Shown here: piece after piece, positions 36,048 through 47,940 of the stretch
Layout: every line of letters starts with the position of its first letter
Position numbering within the stretch: position 1 is the stretch's first letter
NCBI GenBank assembly: GCA_039621445.1
Contig: CP154954.1
Location: 4,079,437-4,143,436 of the forward strand
Direction: 5' to 3'
Length of the DNA stretch: 64,000 bases
Source of the DNA: Euglena gracilis
Lineage: Eukaryota
The notes under the pieces: generated by a model
Databases searched by the model: none
Told to the model about the DNA's origin: nothing
What the model saw: the letters and a program-made list of their open reading frames with translations, nothing else
Made by a program: the position numbers and the translations under genes

Positions 36048-36740
36048 TCAGAATCGAACGCTGACTGGGTGTATCCTGTGATTTAACACACATAACACAT
36101 TTTCGATCCCTGGGATGAGGTATGCACTGCGGTGGTCCCATCCACCCCCCCCCCCTTCGGCTAGGAGTTGAACACATTCCGACGGTTGCCACGTTGGAGT
36201 ATCAGGAGAGGCAGGAAGAGCTAAATGTCTCGAAAGCAGCTGAAGCTTACAAGAGCACAAGTTTGGAAACAGGGCGTCGCCTGAGAAACCCACCAGGGGG
36301 GGGGGTGCAGCAGGACAAAAAGCACAAAGGCTGCTGGGGCAGAACTGGATCGAAATAAAGTCAAAGCTGCAAAAAAAGAAAACAAAAAGTCAACTATGCA
36401 AAAAATTTGATTTTCGACCCAAATATTTAGCTAGACAAAAGTTTTCCGGGCCATTCTTGCCTGCATTATTTGGTCCGTTTGTGCCCCTCAAAAGATTCTT
36501 GCTGGGACTGTAAAAACAAAGGCAGCTGGCTGGTGGACCCTCCCACCAGGAGATGAGGTGCCCTTCGGCTTAAGCGACGCCCTGCATGGAGTGCGAGACA
36601 CCTCGTCAAACAAAGAGGGGAGTGAACAGACGCGGGTCATGGGTGTTTGCACCTGGTGTAGGCACAGCAATAGCAACCAGGGCACGGGGTCTTGGCGGGG
36701 TCTTTGTAGAGACTGAATGACAGCTGCAAGCCTTGTACCG
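36048..36740 (-). pseudogene. Two exon-like blocks (36588-36740 and 36048-36264) that join in frame across the candidate intron
   Basis: Spliced frame: RLAAVIQSLQRPRQDPVPWLLLLCLHQVQTPMTRVCSLPSLFDEVSRT-P-NLCSCKLQLLSRHLALPASPDTPTWQPSECVQLL. The paralogue at 4060-4163 gives NLCSHKPQLL...DTPTWQRSECVQLL with about 9 synonymous codon changes and a 3-nt indel. Confidence 0.55.
36265..36587 (-). other. Candidate non-conventional intron / hAT-like MITE (323 nt)
   Basis: TIRs cagggcgtcgcctgag (starts 36270) and cttaagcgacgccctg (ends 36584), 14/16. On the minus strand it reads c|atgCAG...CTGtttcc|a; removal restores the reading frame. Confidence 0.65.
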
Positions 36741-36933
36741 GTATTGAGAGGCGATCATTAGGACGATAATCAGAGGGTGCCATCATGGGATCATCAGAGG
36801 GGATCATGGGGCGCCATTTGTTGTTGTTTGTAATTATTTGCAAGTAATCCAGAAATTGCAACGACGCTTGCGTTGACTGGGGACATCCACCCAGAATTGG
36901 CTGTAACCAATGTGAACTGAAAGGTTGATCCTA

Positions 36934-37299
36934 CCCCCCCCCCCTAGTCGTATGACCGGGTTCCTGCAACCTGTGACCGGGGGGGGGGTGGTCATAACAC
37001 CCCCATGACCTGCAACCTGTGACCGGGGGGTGGTCATAGATGAGGGGGCGGTCGTAGAAGTGTGTGAAAACTGTCCCAAAATGGCAGATTTACCCCCCCA
37101 AAATGTCCCATTTTTCAAAAATCCGGCGCTTCGCGCCGGCAGGGGGGACCTTATTTTGGGGGGGTCCATTTCATGGATTTTTGCTCGGACCGGCCAGGGG
37201 GGGGGGACTTATTTTTGGGGGTTAAATTTTTCGCAACCTGCAACCTGTGACCGGGGGGTGGTCATAAATGAGGGGTGGTCGTACGACTAGGGGGGGGGG
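36934..37299. mobile_element. TA-TSD MITE carrying a captured foreign segment
   Basis: gatcc ta[element]ta atatc here versus gatcc ta atatc at the empty site 42450-42451; 37060-37222 matches the 2.7-2.9 kb repeat. Confidence 0.9.
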
Positions 37300-38999
37300 T
37301 AATATCACCTCTGAAATGCTCACAAAAAGCAAAATGTCACCGAAAATGAATAAATCAGCCAGTAGCTGCCAGAAACAGCCAGAAGCAGCAAAGCGGCCTT
37401 TAAAAAAGGGGGCACAAAAGGCTGATACAGGTCAAAAATAGCCAAATGGCCACAAAATGGGCGAAAGCGGCCAGGAACAGCCAGAAATGGCCAACTGTTG
37501 GCTAAAAAATAGTGGAAGCGGCCAAAGCCTTCAGAATCAGCCAAAACGACAAAATGCAAACAAAAGCAGTCAGAAACGGCTAAAGGTGACAAAAAACAAA
37601 GGGCTAATGGAGGCCAGAATTGCCAAAAAAAAAAAAGCAGCCAGAAGCAGCCAAAAAGAAGCAAATGTAGCAAAGTAGCAAAACCAGATGCAACAGCGGA
37701 AAGTGGCCTATAACTGCCAATAATGGCCTCAACGATCAAAAAAAAAATGGCTTAACTGCAGTTATCCATAATTATTCATAGTTGGGGTTTTGGGCTTGTC
37801 CGCAGCAATCTGTAATCATCCGTAGTTTTCTGTTTTGGTATGAGCACCAATTCCTGACGACTTACAGTTGAAAAAAAAAATGTCACAAATACGACGAAGG
37901 AGGAAACGAAAATTATTTGGTCAAATATTGGTCTGTACTTCAATTCATTCATGTCAAGGAAACAAACACTCTAAGTTAAATGAGGGACATTGGCATCATA
38001 TATGAATGTTGCAGAATCAGAGACCAGGCTCCTTGTCTTGTGGGCTGATACTGGTGGGTAGGTTGAAGGTCAGCTATCACGGGGTGGGGGGTGTCCACTG
38101 TAACCTGGGTGGGTTCGCAAAATGGCTCCAAGAAACTGGTCCGCGGCGTGGTGTGCTGCTGCTCCATTGCACCCATCGGGTGCATTGCACATATTTTCAT
38201 TCTTGCAAAATATATCAAATAAACACCGGGCAAACCGGAGCTGTCTGGACTTCCGTTCTTCTCGACTCTTCTCTGGACTGAAAAGGGTCTTAAATTTTGT
38301 TGGGGGGGTGCTTTGCCTTTTTCCTTCTTCAAAATTCAACTTTCAAAAATATCACCACATAGATCCTGCCTGTGTTGCAGAAATGCGTCCTTGCGTGCAA
38401 GGTATGTGTGAAGAGGTGCTGGTTCGCTTGGGTTTATTTCAAATTAAAAAAAGCTAAAATTCGGGCAATAGCGCTTCAGGAAGGCCTTTCTTTGGAAACG
38501 TTAGGCGAACACCACTGGGTGGCTCCCCTCATTTAGCATCGTCTCGGCTGTTTGTGACAAAAGTTGAATGGCAGCAACAGGGCGGGGCGACCTTCCTCCC
38601 TCCCTCTCATCCAGCGAACTTTGCAACTAATCAGTTGCATCAGTGATCCACGGCTATTGTTTGAATGGATAAACGACCTTCTGCAGCAGCAACGGTGCAA
38701 ACAAAAAATTTGCTGTTGACAGGCAGTAGACAAGGACGGAAAATGGACGAAATTCCTGACTCGGAACCACAAAACAGGCAAACTTTATATTGGGAGCTGG
38801 AGGTGCAAAAATGAAGTATCCACTAGGGGGGCTGCATGGGAAGACCCGTTGGGGGACCTCTTGTGTGTCAAACAGGTTGGTAGCAAACACCGGCTGTTAC
38901 AACAGTTGGTACTGGTGCTGACGTGATGCCTGATCAGGCTTGGGTGCTGCAGCCGCCTGTAAAGGCACACGGAGCGATGATATATCACACACCACATAT

Positions 39000-39449
39000 T
39001 ACAAATGCGCCAACAAACAAAATTTGTTTGTGCGCTCTTATGTGCACACCAACTACTTGAGGAAACTCGTATGCGGATGGTTGGCATGGGAAGGAAGGAT
39101 CGTTCCCTGAGCATCCCATTTCTTCCCCCCTGTGCATCCCTTGCCAAACACCCTGCATTTACCTTCCTCACCCTTGCTTGTTCACACCACACCCACACAC
39201 CCCGGCAATTCCTGGCGAGCTCCCAGGGGTTTCGACGTGGAGATCCCATTTCTGGACCCCAAAAACACCATTTCTGGCCAAAGTCCCATGGGTCGCACTC
39301 CTAAAAACAGAATTTTGTTCATTTCCTCGCACTCTCTTGTCCATGTTTTCAAACCCCCAGAGGCACGCGGCCAAAATAAAAAATTTGTTAATATGCGCAT
39401 ATGCGCAAACCAACACGAAAAAGCTTAAGTGCGAATCCGGCCGCCCAAG
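39000..39449. mobile_element. Right part of a CTTAGG-family element
   Basis: Ends aagcttaagtgcgaatccggccgcccaag; interior matches 22260-22820. Confidence 0.65.
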
Positions 39450-40206
39450 TGTCTGTCCGTCTCAGTAACACACTTGCAACGCACCCGCTATGCCGGAGCA
39501 GTCAGTTCCAATGGAACAGACCCAGATTCATCCGGGATCATTTTCAAAGGAAGCGTGTTTGGGCCATTCCAAATGCCTTTCCAAAATAATTGTGGTTTCT
39601 GCCCACATCCACAGACAGAGGTTGTCCGATTTTCAGGTACCAAACGATTCAATGGCAAATAATTCAACGAGAAAAAAGAAATCAGAAAGAGAATAGGAGG
39701 AGGCAAAAAAGGGTGATAGAAATGAGAGTGACTGGAAAAGAGAAGCAACACATGTGAACTTGTAGCAGGAAGTGTAACCTAAAGGAATGCGGCAAACATG
39801 GCCCGCACGGTGGTTATATGGCGACGGAGGCTGTGATGCGGAATGGAAAGCATGGGAATGGCCGACCACTGGAATGTAAAGGCCAAAACCACATTGGTCC
39901 ATCCGTGTGTGGGTGGGTGCCAAACTGACTTGAAATGCCACGAGCACGCACTTTTCACTGATTTGGGCGGCACAACTCGCACGTTAAATAATTTTGGTTG
40001 GTGTGTGCAAACACATACGTCCGGAATATGATTTCTTTGCAAGCGCTTCCAGAACTTGGATCGAGGGGAGCACAAATGTGACAGATCTGAGCGACTTCTC
40101 TTATTCAGGGCTGTCACTCTCCTACCTTGGCCAAATTTCTTGTATTCTTCCGGATTTGTTTTATTTCTGCATGGCACAAAACCCCGGCGTGCACGACAGG
40201 CCCGGA

Positions 40207-40447
<241 letters not shown>

Positions 40448-40767
40448 TGCAGCCATTATTTCTCTCTCGCTTCTCACCGAATTTTCGATAAATGATTTTG
40501 TTTTTGCCTGGCTCGGGGTTTACCACAAAAATGGAACCCTGCCGATGTTGCGACTTGGAGGAGGCTCCGGTGACGCACCAGGTATGGTAACAAGTTTCCA
40601 GAAAGGCTGCTTTCTGTGAAGCCTCCGGGGGAGGGGGGGGGGCTCCCCAGAGCTTCATGTAATCAGTTTTGCCACAGCATGGTTGGTTGTCGGGAAACGT
40701 TCAGAGGCCAATGTTAATGCTAAGAATTACGTTAGCTAAATTTAATAAAGAAAACCTGGAAGAAGAA

Positions 40768-40946
40768 GATGACTGTAGCTCAGTAGCTCAATTGGAAAGA
40801 GCGTGTGTCCGACATGTGGGAAACCCACGTTCGAGCCCCGCAGCCACCCATGTTGGGCCCGTTCATTCAAAACACATTACATCAAAAAGGATCTATTCAA
40901 ATAATAATGGTCAGTGGAAAAATAATAATAATAATAATAAATAATA
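40768..40946 (+). mobile_element. tRNA-derived SINE-like element or tRNA pseudogene
   Basis: A-box tagctcaattggaaagagc, B-box gttcgagcc, acceptor-like gatgactg/cagccacc followed by ca; degenerate anticodon and T stems; (AAT)n tail at 40900-40946. Confidence 0.65.
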
Positions 40947-41471
40947 AGGTAAAAAAATATGTGAAATATTTCTGATTTAACAGTTCCAAACAACTGCCCA
41001 AGAAAGCTAGACCATGATAATGAAAACAAACAGATTCCGAAACATTCGCTTCACAAAATAGACACTCTGCCAATTGAGCTGCAGTAGAATAGGATATATT
41101 CATCAACAAGATGACCTTTTCCCAGAATTTGGGCTGAGAAAAAACAACGGCGCCAGGAGCTCTTAATCATTACAGAAAGGCTTGAAAATAAAAAGAAGAA
41201 TGAAAGAGTTTAAAAATGATTTAAAAAAAAAGTCAGATGGATAAAAAAGCTTATCAGAAATCGAACCCTGACTGAATGTATCCTGTGATTTAACAAATAT
41301 AACACATTTTCGACCCCTGGCCCTGGGATGAGGTATGCACGGCGGTGGTTCCATCCACCCCCCCCCTCTGCCTAGGAGCTGGACACATTCCGACGGTTGC
41401 CATGTTGAGTGTCGAAGGCATGAAAACCTAAATGTAGCTAAAGCAGCTGAAACTTACAAGAACACAAGTTT

Positions 41472-41842
41472 GGAAACAGGGAGTCGCCTGAGAAACCCGC
41501 CGGGCTGGACAAAGGCTGCTGGGGTAGATCGAGGTAGAAAAAAAAGTCGAATCTGCAAAAAAATACCGGTCCAAAAGACCAAATATGCAAAAAAAAAAGT
41601 GATTTTTGACCCAAATATTTAGCTAGCCAGCACTTTTCCGGACCATTTTTTCTATTCCGTTTGTTCCCCTCAACAACAAAAAAAAACATTAACATGTACC
41701 CTTCTTTTTGGGACTGCAAAAAAAATCAAACGATTTATTTATATAGTCGATAGGGGGGGACCAAGGCTGGAAAAAGGCAGCTGGCTGGTGGACCCTCCCA
41801 CCCAGGGATGAGGTGCCCTTCGGCTTAAGCGGCGCCCTGCAT
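41472..41842 (-). other. Candidate non-conventional intron / hAT-like MITE (third copy)
   Basis: TIRs cagggagtcgcctgag (starts 41477) and cttaagcggcgccctg (ends 41839); 8 extra bases at the right junction; the adjacent exon-like block has a stop. Confidence 0.55.
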
Positions 41843-42026
41843 TGATGCATGGAGTGCGAGGAGACACCTTGTCAAACAAAGAGGGGAGTGAACAGATGCG
41901 GGTCATGGGTGTTTACACCTGGCGCGGGCACGGCAACAGCAACCAGGGCACGGGGCCTTGGCGGGGTCTTAGTAGAGACTGAATGACAGCTGCCAGCCTT
42001 GCATCGCTATTGAGAGGCGATCATTA

Positions 42027-42279
42027 CCCCCCCCCCCTTGCCGTGCGACCGGTTCCTGCAACCTGTGACCCGGGGGGGGTGGCCGTAACACCCATAACCT
42101 GCAGCCTGTGACCGGGGGGTGGTCATAAATGAGGGGGCGGTCGCAGGTAAGGTGGTGTTAAATTTTCCGCAATCTGCAACCTGTGACCGGGGGGGGGGGT
42201 CATAACACCCCCATGACCTGCAACCTGTGACCGACCGTGGTCGTAAATGAGGGGTGGTTGTACGACAAGGGGGGGGGGG
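42027..42279. mobile_element. TA-TSD MITE
   Basis: Inserted at gatcat ta; empty site at 36759-36760; right junction altered. Confidence 0.85.
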
Positions 42280-43979
42280 CTGGAAGGACGATAATCAGAG
42301 GGTGCCATCATGGGATCATCATAGGGAATCATGGGGCATTGCTATTTGTAATTATTTGCAAATTATCCAGAAATTGCAACGACGCTTGCGTTGACTGGGG
42401 ACATCCACCCAGAATTGGCTGTAACCAATGTGAACTGAAAGACTGATCCTAATATCGCCTCTGAAATGCTCACAAAAAGCAAAATGTCACCGAAAATGAA
42501 TAAGTCAGCCAGTAGCTGCCAGAAACAGCCAGAAACAGCAAAGCGGCCTTTAAAAAAAGGGGGCACAAAAGGCTGATACAGGTCAAAAACAGCCAAATGG
42601 CCACAAAATGGGCGAAAGCGGCCAGGAACAGCCAGAAATGGCCAACTATTGGCTAAAAAATATGGAAGCGGCCAAAACAATCAGAAGCAGCAAATACGAA
42701 AAAATGCAAACAAAAAGAAAAAAAAAGAGTCAGAAAGAAAAGTCAGAAAGAAAAAAAAACAAAAGCAGTCAGAAACACATACCGTTGAATTTTTTTGTAA
42801 TAAATACGACGAAGGAGGCAACGAAAATTATTTGGTCAAATATTGGTCTGTGCTTAAATTCATTCATATCTAGGAAACAAACACTCTAAATTAAATGAGG
42901 GATATTGGCATCATATATCAACTACATGTTGCAGAATCAGAAGCCAGGCTCCTTGTCTTGTGGGCTGATACTGGTGGGTAGGTTAAAGGTCAGCTATCAC
43001 GGGGTGGGGGGTGTCCACTGTAACCTGGGTGGGTTCGCAAAATGGCTCCAAGAAACTGGTCCGCGGCGTGGTGTGCTGCTGCTCCATTCAACCCATCGGG
43101 TGCATTGCACATATCTTCATTCTTGCAAAATATATCAAATAAACACCAGGCAAACCGGAGCTGTCTGGACTTCCGTTCTTCTCGACTCTTCTCTGGACTA
43201 TAGAATTTTTTACCCCCAGCGGGGGGTCTTTTTGAAAAACCAGTCAGTCACTTTACAATCAGTCACTACAATGGGTCAGCCACTCTGCAATCCTAAGAAA
43301 ATTGACTCTGCCTGTGTTCCATGAATGTGTTTCGGTGTGCGAATCGGCGTATGAAAATCATGGTTTTCTTTTAGCCAAAATCCTGCCTCCAATAGAGGAC
43401 CCCAAGGGTCCTGTGGGTATGCGCTGGGGGGGGGGGGGGCTGCACGGAAAAACCTGGCGGGGATGGTCGGCCAGATTGGGGGGTCGGCAGGGATGGATGG
43501 GAAGCCTTGAGGGGGGGGGTAGGGTGGGTCGGACCCCCCCTCCCGACACGGGGGGGGGGGGTGGGTCGGACCCCCCCCTCCTACCTCGAAACTGAGGGGG
43601 GGCCGAAAATTTTTCGATTTCATGGACGGGCAAAGGGCCGGAAATCGGGTCGGAATCGGTCAAAAAACCCTGATTTTTCTTTGAAAATCGATCCAAAGAT
43701 GCTCATTTTTTGAATTTTTTTTGAACATGTTTTTGGGGGAAAACACCAACATATCAAAAAATGGGCAATATGGCCAAAAGTCAGCAAAAGGGGTGTTTTT
43801 TGCTCATTTTCCGGCGCGCAGCGCCAGAAGAAAATTTTCTGCTATTTTTGGCACCTGTCAAGGTGGCGGGGGGGTGGGGGTTCCGGACCCCCCCCTCCCA
43901 ACATCTTGGGGGGGGGGGTGGTCCGGACCAGGTTTTGAATAGTGCTGAGCTCTTGATAAGCGCGCCCCCACCACCGACG

Positions 43980-44233
43980 GTCCGGCCCGGCCGGCGGCCC
44001 GGCGGCCCGGCCCGGACCGGCCGGCGGCCGGCGGCCCGGCCCGGCCCGGCCGGCGGCCCGGACCGGCCGGCGGCCCGGCCCGGCCCGGCCCGGACCGGCC
44101 GGCGGCCCGGCGGCCCGGCCCGGACCGGCCGGCGGCCCGGCGGCCCGGCCCGGACCGGCCGGCGGCCCGGCGGCCCGGCCCGGCCCGGCCAGTGGCGGGC
44201 CGGCGGCCCGGCGGGCCGGCCGGCGGCCCGGCG
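43980..44233. repeat. Almost pure-GC CCGG/GGCC-based tandem repeat
   Basis: ggcccggcccggaccggccggcggcccggc units. Confidence 0.95.
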
Positions 44234-44491
44234 TCCCAGCGAATCGTTTCGGGCCCAAAAATTTTTTTCGATTTTTTTCGACTTTTTTGACCCGGGTTTG
44301 ACCCAAAGTCAATGGGTCGGCGGCCCAAAACGGGGCGCTGGCGGGTCGAAAAACGCTCATTTTCGGCTCAAAAACAGTTTTTCCGGGTCCGGGAGGCCAA
44401 AAAACATCGTTTCGGGCAAAAAAAATTTCTATTTTTTTCGACTTTTTTGACCCGGTTGACATTGGTCATGATGGCCATCATGGGCCATGAT

Positions 44492-46654
44492 CAAGCACCT
44501 ATAGTTGACACCCCGATTTTTGCCATTTTCGGCCATTTTCGGCCATTTTCGGCCATTTTCGGCCATTTTCGGCCATTTTCGGCCATTTTTTCGTATAGGT
44601 GGGGGATAAAATTACCTTAAAATCCTTTCATACCAACAATGCATTTGATCATTCATGCAACGTGAAAGTAGTTGTGAGCAACAAATCAAGCCAACGCATC
44701 CAAAGAGGTCCGTTTGGAATGGGTGCTCAGGGATTAAAGAGGTCAAAAAAAATTGGTTGCAATATCGTGAAAAATCTAAATGGCACAAATCCATCACTTC
44801 AAAGAAGCCTTGATGTTAAATTTCATCTGTCATGATGAGATGCTCATCCGTCTGGATGTGGCGAAGTTGGGAGAAAATCCGCTCGGCTTGAGCTCAGAGC
44901 AAAAGCAAGCAAACGTGTGATCAGCACATAATGTTGAAATAGTATATGTTTGGCATCAAATGCGCTCACCCAATTGCCCAATTTCTGCAGCATATACATC
45001 TTGTCCAGCATCTGCATCTTGTTCAGGATCTGCATCCATTTTTTCTGTGGAGAGGACCGGGGGAATGGGAGGGCAGGGAGGAGGGGAGGAGAGGGAGGGC
45101 ACCTGGCCGGGTTTGGGGAGAGGCTCCGCACAGGGTGCTCGCCCACCCGCAACCGGCCGGGCCTGCGGGGCTCGGGATACCAGCCCGAATGAGCCGGGGT
45201 TCGGGACACCTGTTGCTCCGCGCGGTATGGGCCTCCTTGTTGGCGTTGTTGGCGTTGCTTGGGCTGCACCAGCTGCTACGATGATGACGATGGTGGCGGC
45301 AACTGCACCGCCTGGCGTCTGGCGTTGATGTCCTTGCTTGGAATCAGCAGCTGCATAGATGGTCAGCCGCAAGCCGTCGAGCTGCTCCTGAATGATGAGT
45401 AGAGCGTCGAGCAGCGTGTGTAGGGAGGGGGTAGTTGGGGAAGGGAGAGGAGGGGCAGAGGCATCGGGAGAAACAGAGAGGGTGCGCTGCGCAATCCCAG
45501 TGCAGGAGGATCTAATGGGTTTCATGGCTTCGGGTTTCGGGCTTCGGGTCTTTGGTCTTCTTGGGATGGGGGTACCGAGCAAGGGGCGGTGGGGCCCCGG
45601 AGAGCTGTGGGGGTGGTTGCCAGTCCAGGGGCAGGGAATGTGGGCTCAGGAGTGGGAGTGGGACCGGGAAGGGGACCGGGAACGTAGCGGACGTAAATGG
45701 GAACGATGCAGCGTGCTGTGCTGCTCCTGGGTGTGGACCTCCTCCTCCGGGTCCTCAACGATGCAGGCTCCGACAGGTGGCAATCCATTGCATCTGGTCC
45801 AGTATCTGCAACCATTGCATCTTGTCCAGTATCTCCATTCAATTCATCTTGTCCAATATTTGTGTCTTGCCTAATGTCTTCATCCATTGGCTCCCAACCT
45901 AGCAAAATGATCACAAACCCCCCCCAAAAAAATGACCACAAAAAGCCCAGAATTCTCCACAAAAAGCCCAAAAAGCACCCAAAATGACCTAAATGGCTTG
46001 AAATAACCAAAATTTGCCCAAAAACGCCAACAATGTCCACAAAAAAAGTGAAAAATAACCCAAATCGCCAAAATGGCGCAAAATGGCCGGAAATGTCATA
46101 AAATGAGCTCATATTGACCCAAATTAGCACAATACTCGCCAAATCAGTGCAAAATACCCCAAAATCAGCAAAAATTGATCCAAAAATGGCCAAAATGGGC
46201 GTAATACTGGGGATCTGTGGAGAAATTATCCCAAAAATGGGTTTTATTCTTCAAAAAATACAAAAAATGACAGCATTGCCCTTGTCACCAAAATTTTCTG
46301 AAATGGCATCAAATCATTCAGCTTTGACCCAAATAACCCTTTCGGAGGTGGTTCTTTGAGCAGCATGTGTTGCAGTGCCAGGCATAATGGCAGGAGAACA
46401 GAGTGCACAGCAACAAGAATCAGTCGCACTGGAAATCGCCCCTCAGGTGTCGGGCAAAGCTGTTGGGCAAAAAAAAAAACTGGAAAATTTTTGCAATGAT
46501 TTTTTTCTCATTTTCGCCCATATTCGGCCATTTTCGGCCATTTTCGGCCATTTTCGGGACCCCCACCTATAGAGCCCAAAATTTCATTTTCGGCCATTTT
46601 CGGCCATTTTCGGCCATTTTCGGCCATTTCGGCCATTTTGACTATAGGTGCTTG
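44492..46654 (-). mobile_element. Nested hAT element with transposase C-terminal relic
   Basis: Perfect 14-bp TIRs caagcacctatagt / actataggtgcttg and a perfect 8-bp TSD gccatgat. Minus strand 44830-44925 gives LITRLLAFALSS/AERIFSQLRHIQTDEHLIMTDE (one frameshift), resembling the hAT dimerisation motif. Confidence 0.9.
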
Positions 46655-47500
46655 GCCATGATGGCCATCATTGGTCATGATGGCCATCATGGGTCAACCA
46701 TGATGGCCATCATTGGTTGACCCATGATGGCCATCATGACCAATGATGGCCATCATGGCCCATGATGGCCCTCATGGGCCATGATGGCCATCATTGGTCG
46801 TGATGGCCATCATTGGTCATGATGGGCATCATGGGTCATGATGGCCATCATGGGTCGTGATGGCCATCATGGGTCATGATGGGCATCATGGGTCATGATG
46901 GCCATCATGGGTCATGATGGCCATCATTGGTCGTGATGGCCATCATTGGTCCTGATGGCCATCATTGGTCCTGATGGCCATCATTGGTCATGATGGGCAT
47001 CATGGGTCATGATGGCCATCATTGGTCCTGATGGCCATCATTGGTCATGATGGCCATCATTGGTCCTGATGGCCATCATTGGTCCTGATGGCCATCATTG
47101 GTCCTGATGGCCATCATTGGTCCTGATGGCCATCATTGGTCATGATGGGCATCAGGGGTCATGATGGCCATCATTGGTCCTGATGGCCATCATTGGTCCT
47201 GATGGCCATCATTGGTCCTGATGGCCATCATTGGTCCTGATGGCCATCATTGGTCCTGATGGCCATCATTGGCCATCATTGGTCCTGATGGCCATCATTG
47301 GTCCTGATGGCCATCATGGGTCATGATGGCCATCATTGGTCCTGATGGCCATCATTGGTCCTGATGGCCATCATTGGTCATGATGGCCATCATTGCCCAT
47401 GATGGTCATCGTGGGTCATCATGCACATTATGACCCATGATTGGCATCACCGGTCATGATGCGCATCATGGCCATCACGGGCCATGGTGGCCATTATGGT
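46655..47500. repeat. 19-bp minisatellite (tgatggccatcattggtcc)n
   Basis: About 40-45 units with a palindromic core tgatggccatca; the array begins at 44460 and is split by the nested hAT element. Confidence 0.95.
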
Positions 47501-47940
47501 CGAAAAACGCTCATTTTCGGCTCAAAAACAGTTTTTCCGGGTCCGGGAGGCCAAAAAACATCGTTTTGGGCAAAAAATTTTTTTCGATTTTTTTCGACTT
47601 TTTTGACCCGGTTTTGGCCCGAAGTCAATGGGTCGGCGGCCCAGAACGGGGCGCTGGCGGGTCGAAAAACGCTCGTTTTCGGCTCAAAAACAGTTTTTCC
47701 GGGTCCGGGAGGCCAAAAAACATCGTTTTGGGCAAAAAATTTTTTTTCAATTTTTTTCGACTTTTTTGACCCGGTTTTGGCCCGAAGTCAATAGGTTGGC
47801 GGCCCAGAACAGGGTGCTGGCGGGTCGAAAAACGCTCATTTTCGGCTCAAAAACAGTTTTTCTGGGTCCGGGAGGCCAAAAAACATCGTTTTGGGGCAAA
47901 AATTTTTTTTCGATTTTTTCGATTTTTTTTCGAAAGTCGA
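47500..47940. repeat. ~163-bp tandem units (2.7 copies; another at 44250-44457)
   Basis: Repeated ggtcgaaaaacgctcattttcggctcaaaaacagtttttccgggtccgggaggcc. Confidence 0.9.

Noticed and set aside
40768-40850. Functional tRNA-Val(GAC)
   Set aside because: Mismatched acceptor, anticodon and T stems plus an 8-bp duplication at the D arm.
43761-44462. Gly/Pro/Arg/Ala-rich ORFs on both strands
   Set aside because: A GC-pure tandem repeat cannot contain stops, and it lies inside a transposon.
46655-47500. CRISPR-like palindromic repeats
   Set aside because: No unique spacers, no cas genes, eukaryotic context.
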